This document shows positions 53,401 through 64,000 of a DNA stretch of 64,000 nt, piece after piece. Origin of the DNA: Balanoglossus misakiensis (taxonomy: Eukaryota; Animalia; Hemichordata); the NCBI GenBank assembly GCA_040954595.2, contig CM082586.2:2423124-2487123 (forward strand), given 5' to 3'. The position numbers were made by a program, and so were the translations under genes. A model generated the notes under the pieces. That model did not search any database. It had not been told where the DNA came from and was given only the letters and a program-made list of their open reading frames with translations. Positions within the stretch are counted from its first letter, which is position 1; each line of letters starts with the position of its first letter.

Positions 53401-56400
53401 GTTGGTGTCAAAGGTCACATGAGAGAGCTTCTTCTTCACCTGAGTGCCAATTGAACTTTTACTATTTGACATATTCATCCCTACGGCCTCGGGGAAATAG
53501 CATGTGATACTGGTAACTCACAGCCCCTCGGGTGTAATAAACGGCTACTATGGCCCTCATGGCCAGGCAATAGGCGTTCAATATTTTTTCAACCGAGCGT
53601 ACCAACAACAGTTCAGTGCATGCAGATACACATGCTCGATACAACAATCACAACATGATTCCCAGAAGCACAAAAAGTTCACAGCCACTTAAAATCTGAT
53701 CCTGTATTATAGCAACACAAGGGAACAATACTGTTGAGTGAAACGCCCAGGAGACAATTCATTTTATAACTGTCTTTGTTGTCTTTCAAACCCTACATTA
53801 TTCCACACGAGAGAAGAACCCAGCACTCTTTGTAAGCGAATTGCTTGGGCTTTAATCCATTCTAAACCTCCATGATAGTGTATTCTACATCTATCATTAA
53901 AACTGCCAGGCATTGTTAAAGTTTTTTTTATTTGAAAATGTGGCGAGCGAGTCATTTTACTTGCCAGTGGGTTGCTGAAGATCTTACCTACAAGCTTTTC
54001 TGAAATAGGAGTGCATGAGAGAACAGACGTAACTGAATTTCAAAGATGGTGGAATATGACATGTCTAGAATTCCTGTATACCGTATATACTGATACATCT
54101 TATGATTGAAGTTAATTTTTGGACATTTTTGACTGTTTTAATCGAAATCCAATAGATATTTCTGAAAAGTCCAGTTTCTAAGTTTATAATGGTTGTACAA
54201 CAGACAATAAGTATGCGACCTCTGAAAGCTAAATATTTGTTTTTACGACAACAAGAGAGCTTACATAGCAGAACATTGGGCTCTGAAAAAAGACTGATGT
54301 TTTCACATCCTTTCACTCCCCCCTGCTTTTCTGTATATAGGTCAGTCCATACAATATAAAAAGTGGTGGGTTAAACCAAAATAGCCTTGTCAAAGGGTTG
54401 AAAAAACACAGCGTGATGCACTCCACGCTGGACATCCGGCTATTACCCCCTCTAGTTGTCCATTTCAATGCTGTTGCTATGGTAATCCCTGATGTGTTCC
54501 AGTGGAATGTACAACAGACCATGGGGTTACAACACAGTGAATGATGTTTACGTTTTGGATCGCGATTGCTTCGTAACTTTCACTCATTCAGAAGAGAACA
54601 TGGCTATACTTTTACATTTCTGCAGATACTGGAAAATTGTGGCTTAAAATGGGGAAATTCCTGTGAATGTTTGAGAACCTGTGATACAATTATTTTGATT
54701 ATGAACAGCACTGTTCCTCAGCCTCGTCAAAATTTGTATGTTGCTCAAAATCAAGACTTTGCCACTACCAGGTCGAGAAGAACAGTTCTTTTAATACAAG
54801 ATCCATCTGTCAACACCCTTAGAGTTAGACTTCAACATCAATGTTTGCCTTTTAGCCTGGAGATCTGAGTCGTAAAACTCACACAAGCTCCCACTGCATT
54901 GTTGCGCCTTTTATATCACTCTTCCAGTAATGCTGACAAGCGACTAAATTGATTCCTTTACAATTGCTGTGGTTGGTGCGGAAAATATTTGCGTTGGATT
55001 TAAACAGTATGTGCGAGTTCAATAGACATGGTCTCCAGCAGTGCTGGGGGAGCCATTTCTTAGACAAGCTCAAGTCAGGATGTTGGAAAAATATTTGCAA
55101 TGCAAATTTACAACTCCTGGAAACAATATTGACGTGCTGTTTTAGTCCGTACAACTACAGTGTCTGAACCACCAAGATCTGGCCTTCAAAATCAAATTGA
55201 CAAGTGTACCTGAGCCCAACATAATGGAATACAGCAGACAGAGCTTATAAATTATGGACACTTGTTTGAGACTACCCGTAAAACATGTTTGTAAATTGGT
55301 AGAAAAGAGATAGCAGAAATACCTACGATGATAAAATTAAATTAAAATCAATAATTTACCTATCTCAAAAGACGTTAATTATTTAAGAATTTGGCATTAC
55401 CATGTAAATGCAAAATTTATATAATACATGAAGCACATAATGAAATGGAAGCCAATAATGTCACTGACTGAAGAGAAAACCTGGATTTAATATTGGCCTT
55501 CTTATTTGACACTGACCTTAGTTGACCTTCAATACTTAAATTAAATTCACCAATTAATCATAGCAGTTGACACCTGGCCTCCTCCTTGACAAAGACCCTT
55601 GACCTTCAAAATATAACTGTGAAGTGACCACTTACAGTCAGTCGTGCACCACAGTACAATAGAAATCAAAATTCCGATCCTGAGATGCTGTCATCTGCGA
55701 AACCAATATGTACCGTCAGTGGAATTGCAGCATTGTGTCCGGCAACGGTGTTCCGGTACATTCCGTGCATGCATTCCAGGAGAAATCCCTCTGAAGCATG
55801 AACTGGCGTACCGTTAGAAGATAAATAGTCTGATTGGCTGTATTACGCGTAAAGGCAGTCTTCCAAACAGTACCTATGTGGTAGTCAATGTGGCAGACAG
55901 CGTGTACACCACTTTGAAGGTGTGACGTACTCCACAGAAACAGCCAAGGCTAAGTAACGGCAACTCAGGTCAGCTGTACCTCAAATAAAGACCCATAAAT
56001 AACTTGGAGGGGGGGGGGGGTGTAATCAGGCTGCGAATAAAAAAGATGAATCACCCACCGCTGGCTGTAACCAATACCCAACACACACCTGGGTACAGAA
56101 CTTGATCAATCAAAATAGTTCATGACAAAAAAGAGCTGTAATAAAGAAACTCTTCTCTGAAGGCCGTAACTCCCTTGTCCTGAGATAGTCGCTTCTTAAG
56201 TGAGTTTCCTTTTTTGCAGTGAATTGCCACACCTCAGGGCTTTCACACAGTAATAACAATATACATAACGGTTCACGCACACAACAGGTGAATGTTAAAA
56301 AGATCCATTCACCCGAGGAAAAGTTTATAAATCTTCACCTTGAATACAAAACAAAAAAATCTGTTGCCAGTGCTTCGCTAATAGTTTACTTTCATTTCAA

Positions 56401-59400
56401 GTATCACATTTCTTTTTTTCTTTGCAATTACTTTTTGTGGTCAGGTTTACAAGAGAGAAAAAAACAGGTGAAAATTGCACAAAACTTGATCAGGGATTTT
56501 CTCTTATAAAATGTGACCATGGAAGAACATTTAAAGCCACAGGGAAAATTCCAGTCACCCAGTGACAATGTTAAATGGGTCAGTGTTGGATGTGAAGATA
56601 TCTTGGCTTGATTTTACCCCTTCTATTCCCTTCACACAGTACAAATCACTGAATGAATCATACAAAAACTAATATGTAGACGTACTACTGCACAATGACA
56701 CTCAAATTCACACAGAACTCATGAAAGGAGTTTTCATAGAATCTTTCTTTCACGCACATGATGTTTCTGTGAAGGAATATTGGCTTTGAAAATTTGTTAA
56801 GTGCTGCCCTCTTATTCAGACATGAATGCGAAGTCTTTGTTCCTATAGTCCGTGAACAAACTGCGTTTTTGTTCTTTCCTCAGGCATGTTTCCTGTGCTT
56901 TATTTGATAAATTGGATATAGATGTAAACCAAGGGCATGCTGATCTTTATTCAGAAGAAATCTTTCTCTCTCTCCTCTCCGCAAGCTAAAGTGCATTTAG
57001 GTATGAATTCTATAGTCTAGATATCTCAGGTATCTAGCTTCACACACATATAGGTGAAACATCTCTGGGAGGGGGGGGGAATATTTTACACGGTTTTCTT
57101 TTTACACCATCACTGAGGGCGCAACTCCATGACATGCTACTTTCACACTTTGTACAGACGTGTGACGACTAGAGGCATGGCAAGTTCTGTCAAAGAGGGC
57201 GCTTTTCAAACTATTAATAAAAACAGCAGCCGACTTCGTGACAGAACAATGGTCTTTTTCTTTATTTCCCACACAGTACGTACTGCTATGTGATGGAAAA
57301 CGGCTTGCTGTGACAAATGATGTTGCTGTCAGCATGAGTCACCATACAGCACGTACACCCTACGACAAATAAAGGCTGGACTTTTACATTAGCAGTGTTC
57401 CCTGCAAAGTCACAGTGGTACCACCCAGACTGCTGAAATGGGGCCACTGCACTAAGCTGATAGGGATGTATGTTTAGTCTCTCAAAATAATGTGCCCTAT
57501 CAGTAAACCACATCCTCTGGTGTATATGCATGATATGAGTACGACAAAGAGAGAAATGTTTTATTTGGACTGCTGAACAGAGCAAAGTCCTAACCAAGAA
57601 AGATATCTGCTGCATTTCACATGTGATGAATTACATTTATTATCACCAATTTTTGACATATTCTGATCACAAAAATATATGTTGTGTGTCTATAGACATA
57701 CCAAACATGCACACATATCTTGAATCTTAGATATAAAAGAACATGGATCTGTTGAATCTTTTGGATGGGATGAATATGCGACTGCTCTTGAATAAATATT
57801 TATGACATTCTCATCTATGTTGTATATATGCTGTGAATGTCAGTCATCACCCATCTGTTGGAAAGTGTGTTCTAAATTATTTATGTCTGTTCGTGGAGAG
57901 ACTGCGGGTATCTATTCACACTTCGTCCTTGCGATGATCAGTGAGCCGTGGCTCGGTGAAGCTGAGGTGCACTTTTGACGAGTGTCAATGCGCTGTACGG
58001 GTGAACAACCTGTTCTGCACGGTGGGAGCTGTACTTCCTGTGTGTGCATTGCACTTTGTGGGAGCAAGGTCACAGCAAAGTCCTGTCATCCCTTGGAAAA
58101 GTGCAGTGCTGCCGGGTTCGCGCCGAGTTCACGCTGTACTCTAATAATGATGTGGGCTGGACAATGTGATTCACACCCACTGAATTGAACACTCTTCTCC
58201 CCCTGCTCGGAGAATGGATCGGTCGACGTAAGAAAATACTGCAGTATGCCCGAATTGCCTATTTACAATGAATCCATCACTCCAGATCAAATGTTGCTGA
58301 CAATGGCTGATTATGGCACTGAGTGTGACCCAGCTCTTCTGGTCGCTGTTCTGTACATGCTGGTCACAACGCTTCAAAGTAGAACATATTAAAATCACAC
58401 ACAGGGGTGGTCAGGTCAGGTCTAAGGATACACATCTCCCTGCCATGAAAGCATTGGTGAAAAAATAACAACACTTCGGCTGACCACAGACAGGTCACTG
58501 AGTATAAGCTGACCATTTTACTTCAAAATAAATGTTTTTACAACAATGCAGGAGTGGGGTGGGGTTATTAATCGGTCCAGGTTAGTTCAAGCGATTTTTA
58601 GCCATGCAAGTAGGTCAGATGTTATACCTCCTGACCTTGGGCAGCCATAGAAATACTATATTACTGACATTCATCAAGGTTGTTGCGTGAACATGTATGC
58701 ATCCATTATGGATTGTCCTCAATTTTCCGTTTCAATGTTCTGGAAAATATTTCACCTTCCGGCTGATATCCTGTTTGCAAAATTACACTCTTGTCAACAC
58801 ACTGCATCACAGTGCAATTTATTATTGTACTACATTCAGTTAATTTCATCCTGAGCTATGTGCAGATCAGTATTTTCCCTCAAGATCGCATGTGTCCTAC
58901 TTTATAATAGTACAAAGTCAGATTCTATATCATGAACTCCCATAATTCTTTCGCCCCTTTTCCCAAGCCTTATTGCCTCATCCGGCACGGTAAAAACACT
59001 GGCTCAAACCAAAAGTTGAGAAAATGTAGGGGGGACTGCATGTTAACCTGCGTCCTTGAGAATTGTGGTTCGTGATGATGAATTGGCTGACTTAATGATA
59101 TTGACGTGATTAAAGTGACTGCATATCCTGGAGCTCTGCAATTTATTCAAAGAGAACTGACTACACATTTGATAAGAGAAATCCATTAGCCTGCCCTCCA
59201 TGTCACCAACATCCTAAGGTTCAATATACTGTTACATGTTGTCGTGGTAACAACTGGGTTTCAGTACCCTTGCAGGTCAAGACAAAGTGAAAATATAGAA
59301 CTGCAAAACCTTCTGCACCTGATGTAGGTCAATCAGCAGATTACATGTAGGGCAGGACAAACTTATATGCCCTTACTTCCGCAGTTACTGTTTGCTGTCA

Positions 59401-62400
59401 GAACGTTTTATTAACATATGAGGGGCCCGACCTTAAATGACCTTGCCACCCTCCCTCCCTACTTGGCTAACATCGTTCATTTTTCACATCACAAACCTTG
59501 CCTTACAACCCAGAACACTGCCAACTACATCCCCACCATAAATTTTGAAATCTTCTGATTTCAAACAGACAACATGAGTCCTTTTTCTATTCTGTAAGTG
59601 TTACAGACACCCCTATTCACAAAATGAGATTGTCTGATTTCTGCGAAAGATAATATTAGCCAGAGGGGTGCTGGAATATACAATGTAATTTCAGCTATCA
59701 CTATGTAAAACTGGCACGATTTCTAAAAAGGTTAATGACAGCATACTACATACGGGTACACTCTGTAAATGGATATGACTGTATGCACTTCAGTTCAATG
59801 ATTTCACTTCATTTCACAGTCACGCTACAGTACATTAATAGATCATGTTCCAGGAAAATACAGAAGAATATCTATGATGCTGGGAAAAGTGTATTCGTCA
59901 TTCCTGTCTCAGAAATGGGACAGATCCATCATAGCATCTATTGATTAGAATTCATGTTGTTCTGGAAGGAAGAAATCCAGTACAGGCCCGGAAAGACAAC
60001 GGACTGTACAGCCGGATAATTAACTGCAGGAAACAGGCTGGAACAGATATGCCTGATACCTCCCCATAACAAAAATAAAATCGGCCAAATGGCAGTAGAT
60101 TTGACATATAATCCCCTCCTGGTGGGTGCTTTCGAAGAAGTAATTGAAGATCTCTCAAATGCACGTAGCAGCTGCTCCGTTCAGACATTGACTGCAATTT
60201 AAGCCATGTTCTCTCTGAGTGACTTAAAAATCCCTCTTGCTGGAAGGTCTTTCATTCAGCTGCCATCGATTGTGAGTAAAGAGAAGGGCAGAGCTCTGGG
60301 GGCAGAGAGGTTTTAATAATGAACACTCTTATTTTCCATACAATAGAAATGACTAACACAATGGAGTTAAATGCAGACACGTGCCAACACTATCACCCCT
60401 CTGAATGAGATCAGCAGTGGTAACACCCAGTAGCCTAGTCGGTGGGTCAAAGCAAAGTCGGTTGTTTCATTCTCTTTAGGGGGTGGTAAAGCACACACAC
60501 ACAGACGGCAGTGAGAGACAGTATAAGGAGATCACCTTAATTGGAGGTCAACATGCCTCAGCAGCAATGCGTCATGGGATATATGCTACTTTATTAGAAC
60601 AGTGCCTGGGTCAGCGCACTTGTAGATTAAGGAAGTACGCTAGTGAGTGAAGGGTTGACCTGAAAAAAGGGACAGTGTACTGTTCTCAACTGTTCACTGC
60701 AGTAATCATCGCAACACATTCCTAAGAGCTTTATTACACAAGTAGTAGTACGTGCATGTTTCCACTCATCACTTCTGCATGGGAATACAGATTTTGAGAT
60801 CTTATTCTGAGGCAGAGTATATATGTATGTATATTCACATCGAAACATAGCTCTCACCCAACTGTATTCTTGGGATTGGAAGTAAAGGAATATGAATAAA
60901 CGTCTTGGAACTTCACTACCCTGTGGTTCTACAGAAATCACAAATGGTGTTCATATGACTGAGCATGACATTGTAAACACTGTCACGTTCGTGTGTTTCA
61001 TTCAAATCAGCCATGACAGTCCGCCCACGCTGCAGGGCGGATTTTGATAATGAAGATAACCCAGTTGTACATTTTAGGTCAACACACCGTCTGCATTTTA
61101 AATATATGTGTCATGAACAATGCACAAAACGGGGACAAACTGCTGGCGCTGTATTTTAATTCATGGAATGGGGTACAGCTGTTTGGGAGTATTTTTTCAT
61201 ATATTCATTCACCACCACTGCAAAAGACGTCACAATCTTTTTAACACAATTCAGTAACACTTCACACATCATGCTCCTTAGCTCCCATCAAATATAAAGA
61301 CATCACACACACTGACTGCAGAGGCTGCACGTGCAAACTACCACACACTCGCTTCCTTGAGAGAAAAAAAAGGGATTTATCGGAATGGTATTGGTAGATG
61401 AGGGCGTACTAAGATGCGTTGAAATTACGCCAAGATTGCTCAAAGGTACACACACTTTAAGCTCGAACACCAACTCAGATCTTTTTGCACACTGTCTCTG
61501 ACATTGACCCTAGAGTACATCACTGACCCCCACATCACAATGCAAAACAGTCTCCACACTACATTTATACAAACTTGCGGACACATCACCAACTCTATCA
61601 AGCAATCTTCAGTCAGGAGAGGGTAACAAATGATCCCAACTTGTGTACTTACCATCATCTGACAAGGGTTCCATTTTATCTAGTTCCGGACTACTGTGAT
61701 CTGGCTTGGGAAACAGCGGTCCATGCTCTGAAGGCCAAAACGGTCCGTCGAAAGTCAAAATGACGCCATTGCAGTCAATGTATCGGCCGTCTTTCAGCTT
61801 CTTCAACTTCGTGCCGTCGCGATTCTTCCCGTGCTTGAGGGCGTCCCGAAAGCCCTCTCTGGTGTATCGGTTGAAAACCTGCCGTCGTATTGCACGGTGC
61901 GTATAGTCATAATTATCGCGGCCCTGGACGTTGTAATCCGCAAAATCGTCATCGTCACTACTGCTGTCGTCCAAATTTCCATTGAGGTGGCCGTTTACGC
62001 GATGCCGGTGCCGACCGAACGGACTTTCCAGATTTCCTTCATCCGTAATTTGAGTCCCACTGGCAGTAATCGCCTGGCCTCTGTCTAGGTTGTACGGAGT
62101 GTGGCTGTACTTTTGGCGGAAGCGTCTCTTCTCGTCATCATCTGACATATTCCGGTACGACACTGGGGTGTCGTCAGTGTAACTGAACTTAGTTCTCAGA
62201 ATGTCTCTGATCCGACTTGGGCGCTGATCGGAATATTTCTTGCATTGATCCAGAGATAATGTCATTGGTGTCTGTTGTTGCTCTCTATCAGTGCAAAGAA
62301 ATAAAATTATTTATTGGTTCTTCACTTGACAAGTTTGTGATATTTTTATTCTGGTCTGTATCGTCTCTGCCAACAATTAAAGTATTTAGCCATAATTTGA

Positions 62401-62776
62401 TTGTGGCCTTGTTATTTCTACAAAAGTTTATGACCAGAAACAATTCTCATTTTTTTTAAATGATGACAAAAATCAAATTTGCTCTACATGCTGGGCAAGT
62501 GTGTTTAAAGCAAGAGCGTATTTGTTTCATTTCTACCTGTTGGTGGCGCTATACTCTCAAACTACCACCGGTACCCAGTTGCCAACAATCTGAACGCTGG
62601 CTGCTACAATCATGTATGCAGTACTTACTGTTTAAGCCTATTCTTGTATCTCTGTCTTGCTCTCTCCCTGTTCCTTCGTATCCTTTCCAACGGTGGCGTA
62701 GAGAGTGCTTCTCGTACCCTCTGTTCCAGCTCCTCTTCTATCTGGGATCGGATGGTTTCTTTCCATGATTCCGGTT
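34450..62776 (-). CDS. AGBL2/3-like: Cytosolic carboxypeptidase (M14D, AGBL2/AGBL3/Nna1-like tubulin deglutamylase), multi-exon; the start codon is not identified and the 5' end probably lies upstream of 62776 or beyond the window
   Basis: Spliced translation contains FESGNL, WFYF, CYPYT, ARVHPGE (Zn His/Glu), NPDG, DLNR, DLHGHS (Zn His), KESTGR and FTMEATF (catalytic Glu). All core junctions are GT-AG and phase-consistent. Exact paralogue not assignable without a phylogeny. Confidence 0.95.
35384..35740 (-). CDS. CCP Pro-rich penultimate exon ([14 protein letters not shown]...)
   Basis: gtgcag|AAA; two in-frame G|gtaagt donors (exon ending at 35564 or 35384), or read-through to TGA at 35369. 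Confidence 0.75.
36360..36443 (-). CDS. CCP tail exon ([28 protein letters not shown])
   Basis: ctacag| and AAG|gtaaag, 84 nt, phase 0-0. Confidence 0.6.
36940..37412 (-). CDS. CCP Ser-rich tail exon ([13 protein letters not shown]...GFSSTK)
   Basis: ORF 36865..37425; ctgcag|CT and AAG|gtgaga; phase 1 in, phase 0 out. Confidence 0.85.
37673..37820 (-). CDS. CCP tail exon ([26 protein letters not shown]...GYTHA)
   Basis: ttccag| and G|gtttgt; phase 0 in, phase 1 out. Confidence 0.8.
38416..38478 (-). CDS. CCP tail exon ([21 protein letters not shown])
   Basis: caacag| and AGG|gtatgt, phase 0-0; an alternative donor GGT|gtaagg lies 6 nt upstream. Confidence 0.75.
38609..38734 (-). CDS. CCP tail exon ([42 protein letters not shown])
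   Basis: ttgcag| and AAG|gtgact, phase 0-0. Confidence 0.85.
40135..40525. repeat. Degenerate (TCTG/TCTA)n low-complexity tract
   Basis: Recurrent tctg/tcta/tgtc words. Confidence 0.7.
40674..41123 (-). CDS. CCP Pro-rich tail exon (…[18 protein letters not shown]…[10 protein letters not shown]…KDVPHLH)
   Basis: GC-rich coding-like part of ORF 40656..41288; phase-0 acceptors at 41123 or 41102. Ends either at a weak donor CAC|gtagag or by read-through to the stop at 40656. Confidence 0.75.
41394..41444. repeat. (ATG)17 trinucleotide microsatellite, intronic
   Basis: Directly visible. Confidence 0.95.
41783..41893 (-). CDS. Candidate CCP cassette exon with a GC donor ([37 protein letters not shown])
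   Basis: cacacag|GCT...AAA|gcaagt, 111 nt, phase 0-0. Confidence 0.4.
43295..43348 (-). CDS. CCP 54-nt exon ([18 protein letters not shown])
   Basis: ttcttcctccag| and CAG|gtaagg, phase 0-0. Confidence 0.75.
43765..43791 (-). CDS. CCP 27-nt microexon (ETHRDPIQS)
   Basis: catcag|GAA...TCT|gtaagt, phase 0-0, no stop. Confidence 0.55.
44158..44275 (-). CDS. CCP tail exon: acidic SSDSDSE then basic [12 protein letters not shown] (NLS-like)
   Basis: aacag|C and CCT|gtaagt; phase 2 in, phase 0 out. Confidence 0.85.
44474..44687 (-). CDS. CCP tail exon ([11 protein letters not shown]...[13 protein letters not shown])
   Basis: tccag|GA and GA|gtgagt; phase 1 in, phase 2 out. Confidence 0.85.
44831..44940 (-). 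CDS. CCP post-catalytic exon ([22 protein letters not shown]...DSDSDQ)
   Basis: cccag|C and G|gtgaga; phase 2 in, phase 1 out. Confidence 0.85.
45485..45577. mobile_element. ~93-bp MITE with (T)TAA-CCCTTTCACC...GGTGAAAGGG-TTAA ends (piggyBac-like non-autonomous element), copy 1
   Basis: Terminal inverted repeats; near-identical in layout to 45922-46014. Confidence 0.7.
45727..45828 (-). CDS. CCP exon, end of the catalytic domain ([33 protein letters not shown])
   Basis: HFxxxDxExMGxHFC motif typical of CCP2/3; phase 2-2; cacag| and AG|gtaatg. Confidence 0.93.
45922..46014. mobile_element. ~93-bp MITE, TTAA-CCCTTCCACC...GGTGAAAGGG-TTAA, copy 2
   Basis: TTAA at both ends, CCC/GGG termini, internal similarity to copy 1. 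Confidence 0.75.
46037..46185 (-). CDS. CCP exon with the specificity Arg and catalytic Glu
   Basis: [45 protein letters not shown]; accag| and AG|gtagga. Confidence 0.97.
46338..46481 (-). CDS. CCP exon with the third Zn ligand (DLHGHS)
   Basis: [21 protein letters not shown]...[11 protein letters not shown]; atcag| and AAG|gtaaga. Confidence 0.97.
46674..46862 (-). CDS. CCP exon with the NPDG and DLNR motifs
   Basis: [37 protein letters not shown]...; aacag| and GAG|gtatga. Confidence 0.97.
47071..47201 (-). CDS. CCP exon with the Zn-binding HPGE motif
   Basis: [28 protein letters not shown]; ctcag| and AAG|gtaaga. Confidence 0.97.
47330..47516 (-). CDS. CCP exon with the CYPYT motif
   Basis: [22 protein letters not shown]...[19 protein letters not shown]; gacag| and G|gtagag. 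Confidence 0.95.
47881..48038 (-). CDS. CCP exon ([10 protein letters not shown]...GWIRTG...LEWQM)
   Basis: Conserved GMRPLxYS and GWxRxG motifs; ttcag| and ATG|gtaagt. Confidence 0.95.
48132..48286 (-). CDS. CCP exon with the WFYF motif
   Basis: [51 protein letters not shown]; ttccag| and G|gtgagt. Confidence 0.95.
48487..48679 (-). CDS. CCP exon with the FESGNL motif (start of the CCP N-terminal beta-sandwich domain)
   Basis: ...[18 protein letters not shown]; acceptor ccacag|TT, donor AT|gtaagt. Confidence 0.95.
49591..49860 (-). CDS. CCP alternative N-terminal exon B (ends ...[34 protein letters not shown])
   Basis: ORF 49544..49837; donor G|gtgagt in phase 1. It either starts from its own ATG (49837 or a downstream Met) or uses the acceptor ctgccag| at 49860 (phase 1, 270 nt). 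Confidence 0.75.
61653..62284 (-). CDS. CCP large N-terminal exon A (ends ...[32 protein letters not shown])
   Basis: ORF 61609..62265 with coding-like composition; acceptor gatag|A, donor G|gtaagt (phase 1). Confidence 0.88.
62629..62776 (-). CDS. CCP N-terminal exon, charged/helical ([48 protein letters not shown])
   Basis: Acceptor ccacag|AA, donor CA|gtaagt; phase 2 out matches the next exon. Confidence 0.75.
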
Positions 62777-63451
62777 CTGTGGTGCACCAAAAGAGGAAAA
62801 CAGATAATAGTTAATAGCTGCACGATTTTCACAAAGTCAAATAAAAAGGGGGAGGGGTGATACTGGCTGTGTACTGGGGGGTGAAGTGGTTAATATTATT
62901 TGTTAGATCAAAATATGTGCATTGACATTTTTGTGTTAGCGAAAAACAGTTTTGGCTTGGAATACTATTAACTTTTGGCAAATATTAAAACAGCAATTTC
63001 AGCAAACAAACAAAAGACTGTCACTACTGTGAAGATCGACTTCTTATTTCCAAGTACAAACAAGTATTTGGAGACCCTTTATTTTCAGACAACCTAACCT
63101 CATGAAGTGAACTCTCACACAATTGCGTGGTCTCAATCTGTTTAAAAATATTTCCCACAATGTCATAAAACAGGTCAGAAAACAAGACGGTACATCTACA
63201 AGCTGCCTTGACTGATGGAGGAATTTAGAGCTGCGTGGCCAACAACAGTACCAGTATTATCTCAAACAGATCATTCAGGTACATTTAAAGAGTTTGTGAT
63301 AGTCATCTTTTATCTTTCAGGGCATACATGTATGTTTAAAGAGAGATACATGTACACAGCAATTCCTGATAGCACAACATTTCTGATAAGCTGACAAACT
63401 TATATACAATACACACATTTATTTGCGAAGCTGTTCTGTTGATCAGATCAC

Positions 63452-63508
63452 CCTCCCTGAAAAATTCACGAGCACTCTCTTCCACACTATTCAACAAGTT
63501 TCCTTCAT
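63452..63508 (-). CDS. Candidate upstream 57-nt CCP exon (EGNLLNSVEESAREFFRE)
   Basis: Acceptor ttccttctag, donor G|gtgatc; phase 1-1 matches the acceptor at 62776. The donor is weak. Confidence 0.35.
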
Positions 63509-64000
63509 CTAGAAGGAAAGTGTACCGGTAATCGTTATGCAGCAGTCTCATATGGTCACACTGTTATCTATCTGGGCAACTTTCAAAACCATGAAGGTAT
63601 CACCACGGTTACTAGTAAACGTGGTTACTAGTAACCGTGGTACCACAAAGGTATCTAATGCTCTACTGAAGGTCAATGTCTATTCACAAATGCAAGGTTG
63701 GTGGTACAACGAACAAATAGGGTGCTGATAGGTTGACATTTACTGATGAATGAAGCAAATATTTCATGTAAGGAGATAAACAAACCTCCACAGACCCACA
63801 GGCAGAATTGAGATTCCAAAACAACAGTGTCGATCCTGACAGTTCATATTCTATAACAAGTGATGTATCATTCTCATCATACCTGTATTAAAACACTTTC
63901 AAACTGTCCACCCCCCAAAGTTGTTTTGAGGGAGTAAAATTTGCCTGAAAAATCACCCCTCACCTCTTATTTGAAGAGGTCAGAAAAGTCATTTAGAGAA

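Noticed and set aside
62638-62832. Listed 64-aa minus-strand ORF as the CCP start (MERNHP...)
   Set aside because: That frame stops at 62638 before the donor; a different frame is open through the exon and matches the next exon's phase.
63786-63882. Possible further upstream exon or recursive AG|GT site (taatacag|gtatga)
   Set aside because: Its reading phase does not match the downstream phase-1 acceptors; cannot be resolved at the window edge.
1-64000. CRISPR arrays, operons, rRNA/tRNA, autonomous transposase or RT ORFs
   Set aside because: None seen; the sequence is spliceosomal-intron eukaryotic DNA with no repeat-spacer array or TE-coding ORF.

Overview
Intron-rich animal genomic DNA, AT-rich and microsatellite-bearing, with no prokaryotic features. 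It is probably a marine invertebrate; that is inferred from the syndecan tail and the repeat types, not verified. Two minus-strand protein-coding genes lie in tandem. (1) A complete 5-exon syndecan (CDS 28594->3213, 249 aa) with signal peptide, acidic Ser-Gly GAG cluster, TM helix and [10 protein letters not shown]...EFYA tail; intron 1 is 17.4 kb. (2) A large, 5'-truncated cytosolic carboxypeptidase (M14D, AGBL2/AGBL3/Nna1-like tubulin deglutamylase; at least 62776->about 34450, about 25 exons) with intact Zn and catalytic motifs and a long low-complexity C-terminal tail built from phase-0 exons. All exon junctions were assembled by hand and are phase-consistent. The most notable observation is that two exons 12 kb apart encode the same GP[FY]WP..GPLF..P.H motif and both end in phase 1 before the catalytic module, suggesting duplicated alternative N-termini or promoters, with RFX X-boxes and CREs nearby. 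Also seen: a Gly->Ala change in the syndecan GxxxG dimer motif, TTAA-CCC MITEs flanking one exon, several palindromic motif modules and nuclear-receptor half-site clusters. Most listed six-frame ORFs are spurious intronic frames. I found no convincing wholly new biological system.
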